DNA from: an uncultured Gemmatimonadaceae bacterium | Lineage (GTDB): Bacteria; Gemmatimonadota; Gemmatimonadetes; Gemmatimonadales; Gemmatimonadaceae | Assembly (NCBI GenBank): GCA_963817955.1 | Contig: CAWFQK010000004.1 | Span: 800,001-864,000, forward strand | Direction of reading: 5' to 3' | DNA length: 64,000 nt | Shown here: positions 48,849-58,498 of the stretch, piece by piece | Position numbering within the stretch: position 1 is the first letter of the stretch | How the letters are laid out: each line of letters opens with the position of its first letter | The notes under the pieces: generated by a model | Seen by the model: only the letters and a program-made list of their open reading frames with translations | The model's database searches: none | What the model was told of the DNA's origin: nothing | Position numbers and translations under genes: made by a program

Positions 48849-50741
48849 TCAGCGATAGCCGGCGGCCTGCATCGCAAACAGCTCGGCATACAATCCGTTG
48901 CGCGCCACGAGTGCCTCGTGGGTGCCCTGCTCCACGATCTCGCCGCGTGTGAGCACGACGATGCGGTCCGCCATGCGCACCGTGGAGAACCGGTGTGAGA
49001 TGACGATGGCCATCCGGCCCGCCATCAATGCGTTGAACCGCACGAACACGTCATATTCGGCACGGGCATCGAGCGCGGCGGTCGGCTCGTCCAGAATGAG
49101 GAGCTGCGCGTCGCGCATGTAGGCACGCGCCAGTGCCACCTTCTGCCACTCGCCGCCCGACAGGTCCACCCCACCGTCAAAGCGTCGCCCGAGCATCTGG
49201 CGATAGGCGCCGGGAAACTGCGGCAGCAATGACGACGCAAGCGATTTCTCCGCCGCGCCCGCGATGAGTGCCGGTGGCGCCCCGTCGCCTGGCGCCGGTT
49301 CCGCATCGAGGTAGGCACGCACGGGCTCGACTTCGCCGACTCCGACGTTCTCGTCAAAGCGCATGTCGTAGCGCACGAAGTCCTGAAAGATCACGCCGAT
49401 GGCCTGGCGCACTTCGGCGAGATCATACTCGCGCAGATCGATGCCATCGAGCAGAATGCGACCTTCGCTCGGGTCGTACAGCCGCGCAATGAGTTTGGTG
49501 AGCGTCGTCTTCCCCGCGCCGTTCTCCCCGACGAGTGCGACCCGTTCGCCCGGATGAATCGCGAAGCTGAGGTGACGAACCGCCCACCGCTCGCTGCCGG
49601 GATAGCGAAACCCCACATTTTCGAAGACAAACCCCTCGCGCACCGGCCGCGGCACGTGCCGCGCATCAGGTCGATTGCCGATCGCCGGCTGCATGTCGAA
49701 GAAGTCGAACAGATCCTTCAGGTACAGACTCTGCTCATAGATGCTGCTCGCTGACATGAGCAAGCTCTGAATCAGATCGCGGCTCTGGCGAAACGACGCG
49801 GCAAGGAACGTCAACATTCCAATGGTGATCGATCCACCGACGGCACGCAGCAGGATGACGACGTAGGCCGCGTAATAGCCGGCCGTGCCAAGCAGCGACA
49901 GCCCGGAGCTGACCACCGCCTTGCGGACGGCGAGCGCGCGGTTCTCGTCGTAGAATCGGTCCGACAGGGCGCGATACCGCCCAATCAGCCACGGGGCGAG
50001 CCCAAACAGCTGCACTTCCTTCGCGGTTCGGTCGCTGGCGCCGACGAATCGCACGTAATCGAGCTGCCGCCGTTGTGGCGTCCAGCGAAAGAGCAGCGAG
50101 TACGACAGACCGGCGAAGTGCGTCTCGCCCAGAAAGCTCGGGAGCACCGCCACCACGAGCAGCACCAGCAGCCAGGGCGCCTGCGCCGCGAGCGCCACGC
50201 TCAACGACATCAGGGTGAGGAAGCTCTGGCCAATACCGAGCAACTGGCTCAGCAGCGCGACGCGGCCCGTCGTTCCCTGCCGGGCACGCTCGAGATGATC
50301 GTAAAACGTGGGATCCTCGAACTGATGCAGGTCGAGCGTCGCCGCGTGTTCCATGATCCGGATGCTGATCCGATTGGTGAACAGGTCGCCGAGCAGTCCT
50401 TCGACCAGCCCCGACGCCCGGGCGAGCAGTTCGCCGCCGACGACCGTCCCCATCTCGATGGCCACGAGCAGCCAGAGATGGCGCGTCGATCCACCGGTGC
50501 GCGCGAGGCCGATGACCGCGTCGATGATCAGCTTTGCGACCCACAGGTTCGTGACCGGCACCACGGACCGAACCAGCCGTAGCGCGACCATGATGCCGGT
50601 GAACGCCGGCTGCGTCTCCCACACGAGCCGAACGAGCCGCGGCACGAGGCGCATCGCGGCGATCCGGTCGCGCAGTTTGGGCGGCGGCGCATTGGGATCC
50701 CGCCGTGGTCGTTTGCCGCCCACCACCATCACATGGGTCAT
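48849..50741 (-). CDS. ABC transporter, fused permease/ATP-binding
   Basis: GENGAGKTT, LSGGEWQK, LILDEPTAALD, SHRFSTV. Confidence 0.93.
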   Translation of the reverse strand: MTHVMVVGGKRPRRDPNAPPPKLRDRIAAMRLVPRLVRLVWETQPAFTGIMVALRLVRSVVPVTNLWVAKLIIDAVIGLARTGGSTRHLWLLVAIEMGTVVGGELLARASGLVEGLLGDLFTNRISIRIMEHAATLDLHQFEDPTFYDHLERARQGTTGRVALLSQLLGIGQSFLTLMSLSVALAAQAPWLLVLLVVAVLPSFLGETHFAGLSYSLLFRWTPQRRQLDYVRFVGASDRTAKEVQLFGLAPWLIGRYRALSDRFYDENRALAVRKAVVSSGLSLLGTAGYYAAYVVILLRAVGGSITIGMLTFLAASFRQSRDLIQSLLMSASSIYEQSLYLKDLFDFFDMQPAIGNRPDARHVPRPVREGFVFENVGFRYPGSERWAVRHLSFAIHPGERVALVGENGAGKTTLTKLIARLYDPSEGRILLDGIDLREYDLAEVRQAIGVIFQDFVRYDMRFDENVGVGEVEPVRAYLDAEPAPGDGAPPALIAGAAEKSLASSLLPQFPGAYRQMLGRRFDGGVDLSGGEWQKVALARAYMRDAQLLILDEPTAALDARAEYDVFVRFNALMAGRMAIVISHRFSTVRMADRIVVLTRGEIVEQGTHEALVARNGLYAELFAMQAAGYR

Positions 50742-50842
50742 TGCCGTAAGCTACAGACGGCGCGGGTCGCAAACCGCCAACCGCCTCATGCCCACACACT
50801 TGTGCGGACTCCGTCGCGGCCGATACATTGGATGGACGTTGT

Positions 50843-50932
50843 GGGGGGGTGGCCGAGAGGCTGAAGGCGACGGTTTGCTAAACCGCTATACGGTCAAAAG
50901 CCGTATCGAGGGTTCGAATCCCTCCCCTCCCG
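50843..50932 (+). tRNA. tRNA-Ser(GCU)
   Basis: Acceptor GGGGGGG/CCCTCCC, anticodon loop TTGCTAA, long variable arm, GGTTCGAATCC; TACATT -10 at 50824. Confidence 0.95.
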
Positions 50933-50935
50933 TAC

Positions 50936-50963
50936 GAAACGCCCGCCCTTGCGCGGGCGTTTC
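50936..50963 (+). terminator. Intrinsic terminator after tRNA-Ser(GCU)
   Basis: GAAACGCCCGC-N6-GCGGGCGTTTC hairpin. Confidence 0.75.
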
Positions 50964-51013
50964 TGCTATCAGCCCGCCGCAAGCCCCACTGCTCCAACCA
51001 TTACGTTTCCGCC

Positions 51014-52462
51014 ATGGACCATCGCCTGAGATTTGCCCCATCCCCGACTGGATTTCTCCACGTCGGCGGCGCCCGCACGGCGCTCTTCAACTGGCTGTTC
51101 GTCAGGCGATACGGCGGCCAGTTCCTGCTGCGCGTCGAGGACACCGACAAGGCCCGCAGCACGGACGAGAGTACGCGCGCCATCTTCGAGGGCCTCGAGT
51201 GGCTCGGCCTCATGTGGGATGAACCGGTCGTCTATCAAGGTGCCAACCTTCCGCGGCACCGGTCCGACGTCCAACGCTTGGTCGAAGCGGGCGCGGCGTA
51301 CCGATGTTTCTGCACGTCCGCCGAGCTCGACGAGCAACGCACGGCGGCGGAGTCCCGCGGCGAAGCCTTCAGATACGATCGACGCTGCGATCGCCTCGCG
51401 CCAGACGAAGTCTCGCGTCGCGTCGCCGCAGGCGTGCCGTTCGTCATACGCTTCCGAATGCCCGAGGGCGAAACCTCCTGGACGGACATTGTGCACGGTC
51501 CGATCACGTTTCCGAACCAGGACATTGGCGAAGGCGATTTCATCATTCTCCGCTCCGACGCCACGCCCATCTACAACATGGCGGTCGTGTCGGACGATAT
51601 CGACATGCGCATCACCGTGGTGATGCGCGGGGACGACCACATCTCCAACACGCCCAAGCAAATTCTGCTCTACCAAGCGCTCGGCGCGCCGATGCCGCAG
51701 TTCGCGCATCTGCCAATGATCCATGGGCTGGATGGAAAGAAGCTGAGCAAACGTCATGGAGCGACCGCGGTCGGCGATTATCAGCACATGGGCATTCTTC
51801 CGCAGGCGATGCTCAACTTCCTTGCACTGCTCGGCTGGTCGCCGGGCAACGACATTGAAGTGATGAATGTGCCGGAGATGGTCGAACTGTTCTCCGCGGA
51901 CGCCCTGTCGAAGAAGGCGGCCGTTTTCGACACCAAGAAGCTGGAGTGGATGAATGGGCAGCACCTGGCGTTGATGACCGCAATGGAGCTCGCGCCGCTG
52001 GTCACGCGCGGCATCGTTGCCGCCGGCTGGGCGACGGCCGATGACCTCGACGCGCGTGCGTCGTGGTACTTCGCACTCATCGACCTGCTCAAGGTGCGCG
52101 CGCGAACGATCGACGACGTGGTGCGTCAAGCTGGCCCGTACATCCTGGACGAGATCGTGTACGACCCGGAGGCCGTTGCCAAGCAGTGGAAGGACACGGC
52201 GGCCGCGAGCGCGATGCTTGCCGCAACGCGTGGTACATTGGCGGCGGTTGCTGTGTGGGAGTCCCAGCCCATGGAGGATGCACTGCGGGGGCTAGCCGAA
52301 ACCCAGGGGACAAGTGCGGGGAAAATCTTTCAGCCGCTTCGCGTTGCCCTTACGGGATCGAGCGCCAGCCCCGGTATTTTCGACGTGTTGGCGATGCTCG
52401 GGCGGGAGCGGTCGTTGGAACGCATCGATTCTGCTATCCGTTACCTCGCTCGAACGGGTTGA
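51014..52462 (+). CDS. gltX: Glutamate--tRNA ligase
   Basis: RFAPSPTGFLHVGGART, LRVEDTD, RGDDH, KKLSKRHG. Confidence 0.97.
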   Translation: MDHRLRFAPSPTGFLHVGGARTALFNWLFVRRYGGQFLLRVEDTDKARSTDESTRAIFEGLEWLGLMWDEPVVYQGANLPRHRSDVQRLVEAGAAYRCFCTSAELDEQRTAAESRGEAFRYDRRCDRLAPDEVSRRVAAGVPFVIRFRMPEGETSWTDIVHGPITFPNQDIGEGDFIILRSDATPIYNMAVVSDDIDMRITVVMRGDDHISNTPKQILLYQALGAPMPQFAHLPMIHGLDGKKLSKRHGATAVGDYQHMGILPQAMLNFLALLGWSPGNDIEVMNVPEMVELFSADALSKKAAVFDTKKLEWMNGQHLALMTAMELAPLVTRGIVAAGWATADDLDARASWYFALIDLLKVRARTIDDVVRQAGPYILDEIVYDPEAVAKQWKDTAAASAMLAATRGTLAAVAVWESQPMEDALRGLAETQGTSAGKIFQPLRVALTGSSASPGIFDVLAMLGRERSLERIDSAIRYLARTG

Positions 52463-52471
52463 CACAGCGCG

Positions 52472-52500
52472 TTGCCGCCTGTTGTCGGGCAGCGTACATT
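52472..52500 (+). promoter_or_regulatory. sigma70 promoter of lexA
   Basis: TTGCCG-N17-TACATT. Confidence 0.6.
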
Positions 52501-52579
52501 GCGGTTTGAACTGAGCCAACGCCAGGCATCTTGGCAAGTTGAGACGCTCGGCGTGGCTCTTACGCTGAAACGGGGGCCC

Positions 52580-53248
52580 ATGTCGGAGCCACTCACGCAG
52601 CTCGAACGGAGAGTCTATCACTACATGATAGACTTCCTGGCAGAGAACACGTTCCAGCCGAGTATCCGCGAGATCGCGCGCAAGTTTCGGATCAAGTCTA
52701 CGAAGACCGTTTCCGACTTGCTGCACGCCCTGGAGAACAAGGGCTACATCGAGCGCGATGAATCACGCTCCCGCGGCGTTCGGCTCCTCGGCTTTGCCGC
52801 AGCCGGTAACACTCAGCCGGTGCCCTACTACGGGCGCATCCACGCGGGCGAACCGATGCTGCGGCCCGAGCACCGCAAGGGCTTCATTACGATCGACCGC
52901 CGGTTCTTGCCGAGCGACGACGTCTTCATGCTCAAGGTGAAGGGCGATAGCATGGTAGGCCGCGGCATACTCGACGGCGACTTCGTGATGATCAGTCCGT
53001 CGGCGCGCGCCAAGGATGGAGACATCGTCAGTGCGCGGATCGGCGAGGAAGCGACGGTCAAGACGCTCACCCATCGCGGGTCGACAATCGTGCTCGAGCC
53101 GGCAAGTGATCTCGAGCGCCCGCTCGAGGTCGGACCGAAGGATGACTTCGCCGTTCTCGGTGTGATATGCGGCGTCTTCCGGCCATTCTGGGAGCAGGAA
53201 CCGACGCCAACCTTGGTCAGCAGCGACGAGCCGCAGCCGGTGAGCTGA
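52580..53248 (+). CDS. lexA: SOS repressor LexA
   Basis: wHTH (PSIREIA, LENKGYI), Ala-Gly cleavage site (GRIHAGEP), GDSM serine and ATVK lysine. Confidence 0.92.
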   Translation: MSEPLTQLERRVYHYMIDFLAENTFQPSIREIARKFRIKSTKTVSDLLHALENKGYIERDESRSRGVRLLGFAAAGNTQPVPYYGRIHAGEPMLRPEHRKGFITIDRRFLPSDDVFMLKVKGDSMVGRGILDGDFVMISPSARAKDGDIVSARIGEEATVKTLTHRGSTIVLEPASDLERPLEVGPKDDFAVLGVICGVFRPFWEQEPTPTLVSSDEPQPVS

Positions 53249-53258
53249 CCGGCGCGAA

Positions 53259-54125
53259 TCAGGGAATGATAGGCGCCGCCTTCTGCGGCGCCTTTTCCTT
53301 GTCGGTCTGGTCCTGCGCCCGCTCGCGGTCCTTGCGCTCGCGAATGCGCTTCACCGCCGCACGGAAATCGTCTTCGCTCATGCCCTGCGAGTGCGTATAG
53401 ATATCGTTACGAATCCAGTCGGCGTTGCGCCCCTCGATGATGCGCCTGCCATCCACTCCGCCAGGGTTGAACGGCAGCGCCGCAAGAATCGCCGACGGAA
53501 TCTTGAACTTTCCGAGATAGATGAACTGTGAGTCGAGGCCGAACTTCTGGCCATCGTGCTCCACAGTCCAATCGCGGGGGCTGCGTCCACGCCCAGCTTC
53601 GGCGGCGACCTCGGCCTCGCGATACGCCATATAGATCGCCTTCACCGCGCTGTCGTTCCGCTCCGCGGTAGAGAGCGGCACGCGCAGGGTATTGGGTCGT
53701 AGTTCGATGCGCGCGTCAGGCATCGAGGGCTCGATACCGGTCGCGACGCCAACGGGCGCGCCACCACTGCCCGTCCCAGTACCCGAGATCGCGCCGACGC
53801 TCGCGCCTGGAGGCGGCACTGGCGGAAGCGTAGTCGGCGTGAGCGCTGGTGCGAGCAGTGGCGCCGGCTTCAGCGCCTTTTTCGGCTTTGTCTTATTTGG
53901 ATTCTCGTCCGCTCCGTTGCCGACACCATAGGTGGATTTCGGCTGCACCTGCACGTAGGTGATTCGTTCAGTTGGGGCGTGATCACGGTCGAGGCCGAAG
54001 AAGGCCGCCAACGGATACCGGAACGTGATCGACGCGATCATCGAGATCACGACAATATGGACAGCGATCGAGACGACGATCGAGACCTTCTTGTCCGCTC
54101 GTTTCTCGAAGATGGACCGCTTCAT
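53259..54125 (-). CDS. Hypothetical membrane-anchored protein with Pro/Gly-rich linker
   Basis: TM helix with TonB-like SxxxH, Pro-rich linker, charged C-terminal domain. Confidence 0.7.
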   Translation of the reverse strand: MKRSIFEKRADKKVSIVVSIAVHIVVISMIASITFRYPLAAFFGLDRDHAPTERITYVQVQPKSTYGVGNGADENPNKTKPKKALKPAPLLAPALTPTTLPPVPPPGASVGAISGTGTGSGGAPVGVATGIEPSMPDARIELRPNTLRVPLSTAERNDSAVKAIYMAYREAEVAAEAGRGRSPRDWTVEHDGQKFGLDSQFIYLGKFKIPSAILAALPFNPGGVDGRRIIEGRNADWIRNDIYTHSQGMSEDDFRAAVKRIRERKDRERAQDQTDKEKAPQKAAPIIP

Positions 54126-55333
54126 CAGACCGCCGCTTCCGCCGGTGCGCGACGCTGGCTGACGCCGAACGACGCCAGGACGCGACCGGCGCGCACGGCG
54201 GCTTCAGCGATCCGCTCTGGCGACGTGATGAACGAGATCCGGAAGAAGCCTTCACCACCGGCACCGAATCCCGAGCCCGGCATCACGATCACGCCCGCGT
54301 CCTCCATCAGACGATCGGCGAAGTGCGCGCTGGGGATATCGTCCGGCAGGGGGATCCACAGGTACATCGTTGCACGCGGCGTGTCGCACGCGAAGCCGGC
54401 GGCGCGAAACGACCGGACCGCTGCGTCACGGCGCGCCTTGAACGTCGCCACGTTACCCGGGAGGAACTCGTCGTAACTCTCGATTGCCGCGACGCCGGCA
54501 GCCTGCACCGCCATGAACTGCCCCGTGTCGGTGAACGACTTCACCTTCGTGAGCACCGAAGCGATGTGCGGCGCCGCAGCGGCCCAGCCGCACCGCCACC
54601 CGGTCATGTTGTACGTCTTCGACAACGAGTGAAACTCGATCGCGATATCACGCGCGCCGTCGATCTCGAATATGCTCGGCGGCACATAGCCGTCGAATGC
54701 CAATTCGGAATACGCGTTGTCGTAGACCAGCAGGATGTCGAATTCCCGACACTTGGCGACCACCTTCTCCAGATACTCGCGGGGCGCGATCGCGGCGGTG
54801 GGGTTGTTCGGATAATTCAGGTACAGAATCCGCGTGCGGTGCAGCGTCTCGTCCGGAATCTCGTCGAGATCGATCAGGAAGTCCGTGCGTGGCCGCAGCG
54901 CGTACCGGTACGGTTCGCCACTCGCGAGCAACGCTCCGCCCTGATAGGCGTTGTAACCCGGTTCAGGAATGATCGCCAGGCGACCCGGCTCGAGATACGC
55001 AAGCGCGAGGTGCGAGATACCTTCCTTTGATCCGATCAGCGGAACGATCTCGGTGAATGGATCGAAGCGTATACCGAAGCGTTTCGTCATCCACGCCGAT
55101 ACGGCCTCGCGATAGGCGACGAGTCCGAGCCCGAAGCCGTAGCGATTCATGGCCGGCGTGTGCACGGCCGACGCGAGCACTTCCATGGCTTTTGCAGGCG
55201 GAGCCAGGTCGGCATCGCCTGCGCCGAGGTCGATGACGTCGACGCCGCGGGCCAATAATGCCCGTTTCTTCTGCGGGATCAGGGCGAGCGGGTATTCCGG
55301 CAGGGTCTGGAATCGACCAGCGATCTTTGGCAC
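54125..55333 (-). CDS. Class I/II PLP aminotransferase (LL-diaminopimelate aminotransferase-like)
   Basis: LIGSKEG, LNYPNNPT, DNAYSE, EFHSLSKTYNMTGWR. Confidence 0.88.
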   Translation of the reverse strand: MPKIAGRFQTLPEYPLALIPQKKRALLARGVDVIDLGAGDADLAPPAKAMEVLASAVHTPAMNRYGFGLGLVAYREAVSAWMTKRFGIRFDPFTEIVPLIGSKEGISHLALAYLEPGRLAIIPEPGYNAYQGGALLASGEPYRYALRPRTDFLIDLDEIPDETLHRTRILYLNYPNNPTAAIAPREYLEKVVAKCREFDILLVYDNAYSELAFDGYVPPSIFEIDGARDIAIEFHSLSKTYNMTGWRCGWAAAAPHIASVLTKVKSFTDTGQFMAVQAAGVAAIESYDEFLPGNVATFKARRDAAVRSFRAAGFACDTPRATMYLWIPLPDDIPSAHFADRLMEDAGVIVMPGSGFGAGGEGFFRISFITSPERIAEAAVRAGRVLASFGVSQRRAPAEAAV

Positions 55334-55945
55334 CTAGGCGTCCTGTGTCACGGGATTCTTCACCCGGCTGAGGCCGAGGATCTCTACTTCTACCTCATCA
55401 CCGGGCAGGAGTTTCCCCACGCCCGCCGGAGTTCCAGTTAGAACGAGATCGCCTGGGTCCAGGGTCATTACCTGAGAGATATAGGCGAGCACGTCAGGAA
55501 TGGAGAACACCATCTCCGATGCCGAGCCGCGCTGCCGTTCTTGACCATTGACACGAGTGACGACCGTTAGACTCGAAAGATCCGCCGGTGGGCTGGCAGT
55601 CTCACCAAGCGGACAGAACGTATCGAAGCCCTTGGCGCGCGTCCATTGCCCATCCGACCGCTGCAGATCGCGTGCTGTAACGTCATTGACGGCCACGATC
55701 CCGCCGACGGCATCGCGGGCTTCATCTGAACTTACGCGCGTGAGCCGCCGACCGATGACGATTCCGATCTCTCCCTCGTATTCCACCTGTTTCGATTGCG
55801 GCGGCAGCACAACCGGGTCGCCATTCCCGATGAGGCTGGAGGATGGCTTGAGAAAGATCAGGGGCTCTTTGGGGACGTCATTCCCAAGCTCTTTGGCGTG
55901 ATCAACGTAATTACGGCCGACGCAAACGATCTTACCGGGGCGCAT
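55334..55945 (-). CDS. Fumarylacetoacetate hydrolase family protein
   Basis: KIVCVGRNY..HAKE, EYEGE, NDVTARD, WTRAKGFDTF, TGTPAGVG. Confidence 0.93.
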   Translation of the reverse strand: MRPGKIVCVGRNYVDHAKELGNDVPKEPLIFLKPSSSLIGNGDPVVLPPQSKQVEYEGEIGIVIGRRLTRVSSDEARDAVGGIVAVNDVTARDLQRSDGQWTRAKGFDTFCPLGETASPPADLSSLTVVTRVNGQERQRGSASEMVFSIPDVLAYISQVMTLDPGDLVLTGTPAGVGKLLPGDEVEVEILGLSRVKNPVTQDA

Positions 55946-55963
55946 ATGGTCTGGTTGTAGGGT

Positions 55964-58473
55964 TCAGGATCGAGGGGAAGATGAATTCTGATAGAACCGC
56001 CGAATAGGCTCCAGTAGGTCGGCCCATTTGGCAATGGCGCGTTTCGCGGGAGGAAGCCCTTCGATCAGGCCGCGACCGTAGCTCTTGGTGACGACACGCG
56101 GGTCGGCGATCACCACGACGCCGCGGTCGGCGCTCGTGCGTATCAGACGACCGAAGCCCTGCTTGAGTCGCAGTGAAGCGTGCGGCAACATGTATTCACG
56201 GAACGAATCGCCGCCGCGCGCCTCGATCGCTTCACAATGTGCTGCCGTGACGGGCTCGCTCGGCACGCGAAAGGGAAGTTTGGCGATGAGGAGGGCCCGC
56301 AACGCGTCACCGGGTACGTCCACGCCCTCCCAGAACGAGGCTGTGCCGAGCAGTATCGCGCCGCCAGCATCGCGAAACCGGCCGAGGAGCACGTCACGCG
56401 TCTCCTCGCCATGCACGAGCAGCGGCCAGCGGCGGTCGATGCCACGCGCCCGCAGTTCGACCGCCATGGCGCGTACGTCGCGATGGCTCGTGAACAGCAC
56501 GAACATGCCGCCATTCGCCGCGTCGGCGACATCTACGGTAATGCGAGCAACGGCGGTGAAGTGGCCCGCAGGATCGACATTCGGCGGCGGGACGTCGGTC
56601 GGGATGCTGAGCATCGCCTGCCGATCGTACTGGAACGGCGATGGGAAAATGCCGGTCCGCGGCTCCAGCTCGGGCACGTCGAGGCCGAGGCGCGCACGGA
56701 GGAAATCGAACCGCCCATTGGTGGCGAGCGTCGCGCTGGTGATCACCGTCGTCGCCGCGCGATTGAACAAATCATCGCGCAGAATCGGCGCGAGATCGAT
56801 CGGAACCGTTGCAACGCTCACTGCGCGATCGCGCCCGCGTGTCTCGACCCAGCGCACGGTGGACTCGCCCTGCGACGGATCGAGTGCGCGGCGCAATCCA
56901 GCTCCCGCGGTTTGTAGCCGGCGCGTCACCGCCCGCATTTCGTTGAGCAACGGCATCACCGCGTCATCGGGCCGACGTGCGCCCTCGATCCGCTCGCGTA
57001 CGAGCTGCAGACCCTCGGCGAGCAGCTCGATCTCGCCAACCGTATCATCGAGCGAAACGCGAAGCCCGCCGCGCCAGATCGGATGCGTCGCAAAATCATC
57101 CGTGAGACGAAGCACGGATTCGCCGCTCTCCTGCAGGAACGTGTCGAGCAGATCGAACAACAGCGCACTTTTCTCGCGTGCCGCGTGCACGGCCGGCGAG
57201 AGTCGCGAGTTCACGAGGTCCAGGCTGGCGACGCTGAGCAGATCGTTCGATGCCGCGAGACGCCCGATGAGCGCGGCCAGCAGACCCCTGCCGCGGCGGT
57301 CGAGACGGTTGAACAGGCGTTGCAGCGAACGGCGCGACACGGTCGCGCCCAAGTGTGCGCCGGCCGCCTCTTCGAGGTGGTGTCCCTCGTCCACGACCAG
57401 ACGCGTGTACGCGGGGAGCACAGCGGCCTCGCCCCAGTTGCCAGTCGCGCGGCGCACGGCGACGTCGGAGAGCAACAGGTGATGATTCACGACGATCACG
57501 TCCGCTTGTGCCGCTTCCCGCCGCGCCTCGAACAGAAAGCACTTGGAGTAGACGGGACACTGCGCGCGCTGGCAGAGGTCGGGCTCGGCCGAAACCTCGT
57601 CCCAGACGTCAGGGCGCGGCGCCGACGGCAGATCACTCAGCGATCCATCGTGCGTCTTCTCCGCCCACGCGTGCAACGCATCGAGCTCCTGCTGCACGCC
57701 ATCCTCGAACAGCGCATTCCCGGACGCGCGCGCCTGGTCGAGGCGCACGAGACAGAGATAGTTGCGCCACCCCTTGAGCAGCGCGAAGCGAACGTTCTGA
57801 TCCCCGAGCGCGCGCTCGAGGAAGGGCAGATCCTTCCCGACGAGCTGCTCCTGCAAGTTGATCGTGTTCGTGGACACGATCGTGCGCTCGCCGTTCGCAG
57901 CGGCCCAGCGCAACGCCGGAACGAGGTAGCCAAGGGATTTGCCGACCCCGGTGCCAGCCTCGATCAGCCCAACGCCGCCCTCGTTGTACAGACGCGCGAT
58001 CGCCACCGCCATTGCCCGTTGGCTGGGCCGATCCTCGTACCGCGCGTGCTGCACGGCAATGCCGCCGGCCGGTCCGAGATCGCCGTCGATCTTGTCGAAC
58101 TGCAGCAGCTGGAACTCGGCTTTCGCCGGCACTTCGACGACGACATAGAGCTCGGTCGCACTGTTGTTGACGATGGCGAACCCGACGCCGTCGTCGTGCA
58201 TGCGCGCGGCGATGTCGAGATCGGGTCCCGATGGCTCGAGTAATCCCGACGGATGGTTGTGCACGAGCATCTCGCCGCGCGGCGCGAACCCGGGCAGCGC
58301 GAGAACGCTACTCACATCTCCGCGTGACACCACGCGAGCCGAATCCACCACCCCGTCGGAGTCGAGGTGGCGACGAAACAGACTTCTCGACCCCCAGCGA
58401 GCCGGATGGCCGCCCGAATGCCATTCGCGGCCGTCGGACTCAGCCGGAGCGCTGGATCCGCGGCGAGGGACAT
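55964..58473 (-). pseudogene. JAB(RadC-like)-DinG helicase fusion with an apparent 1-nt frameshift near 58366 (pseudogene or assembly error)
   Basis: ATG 58473 gives MSLAADPALRLSP...REVCFVAT; the next frame continues LDSDGVV...HNHPSG..PS..D, EAGTGVGKS, DEGHH, FWEGVDVPG, QGFGRLIR. Total length 2510 nt is one base short of a codon multiple. Confidence 0.75.
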
Positions 58474-58498
58474 GCAGGGAATTTAAGGGGTTGCACCC

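Noticed and set aside
45985..50842. Genomic island between the two tRNA-Ser genes
   Set aside because: No integrase and no duplicated tRNA 3' end; the two tRNAs are complete, different isoacceptors.
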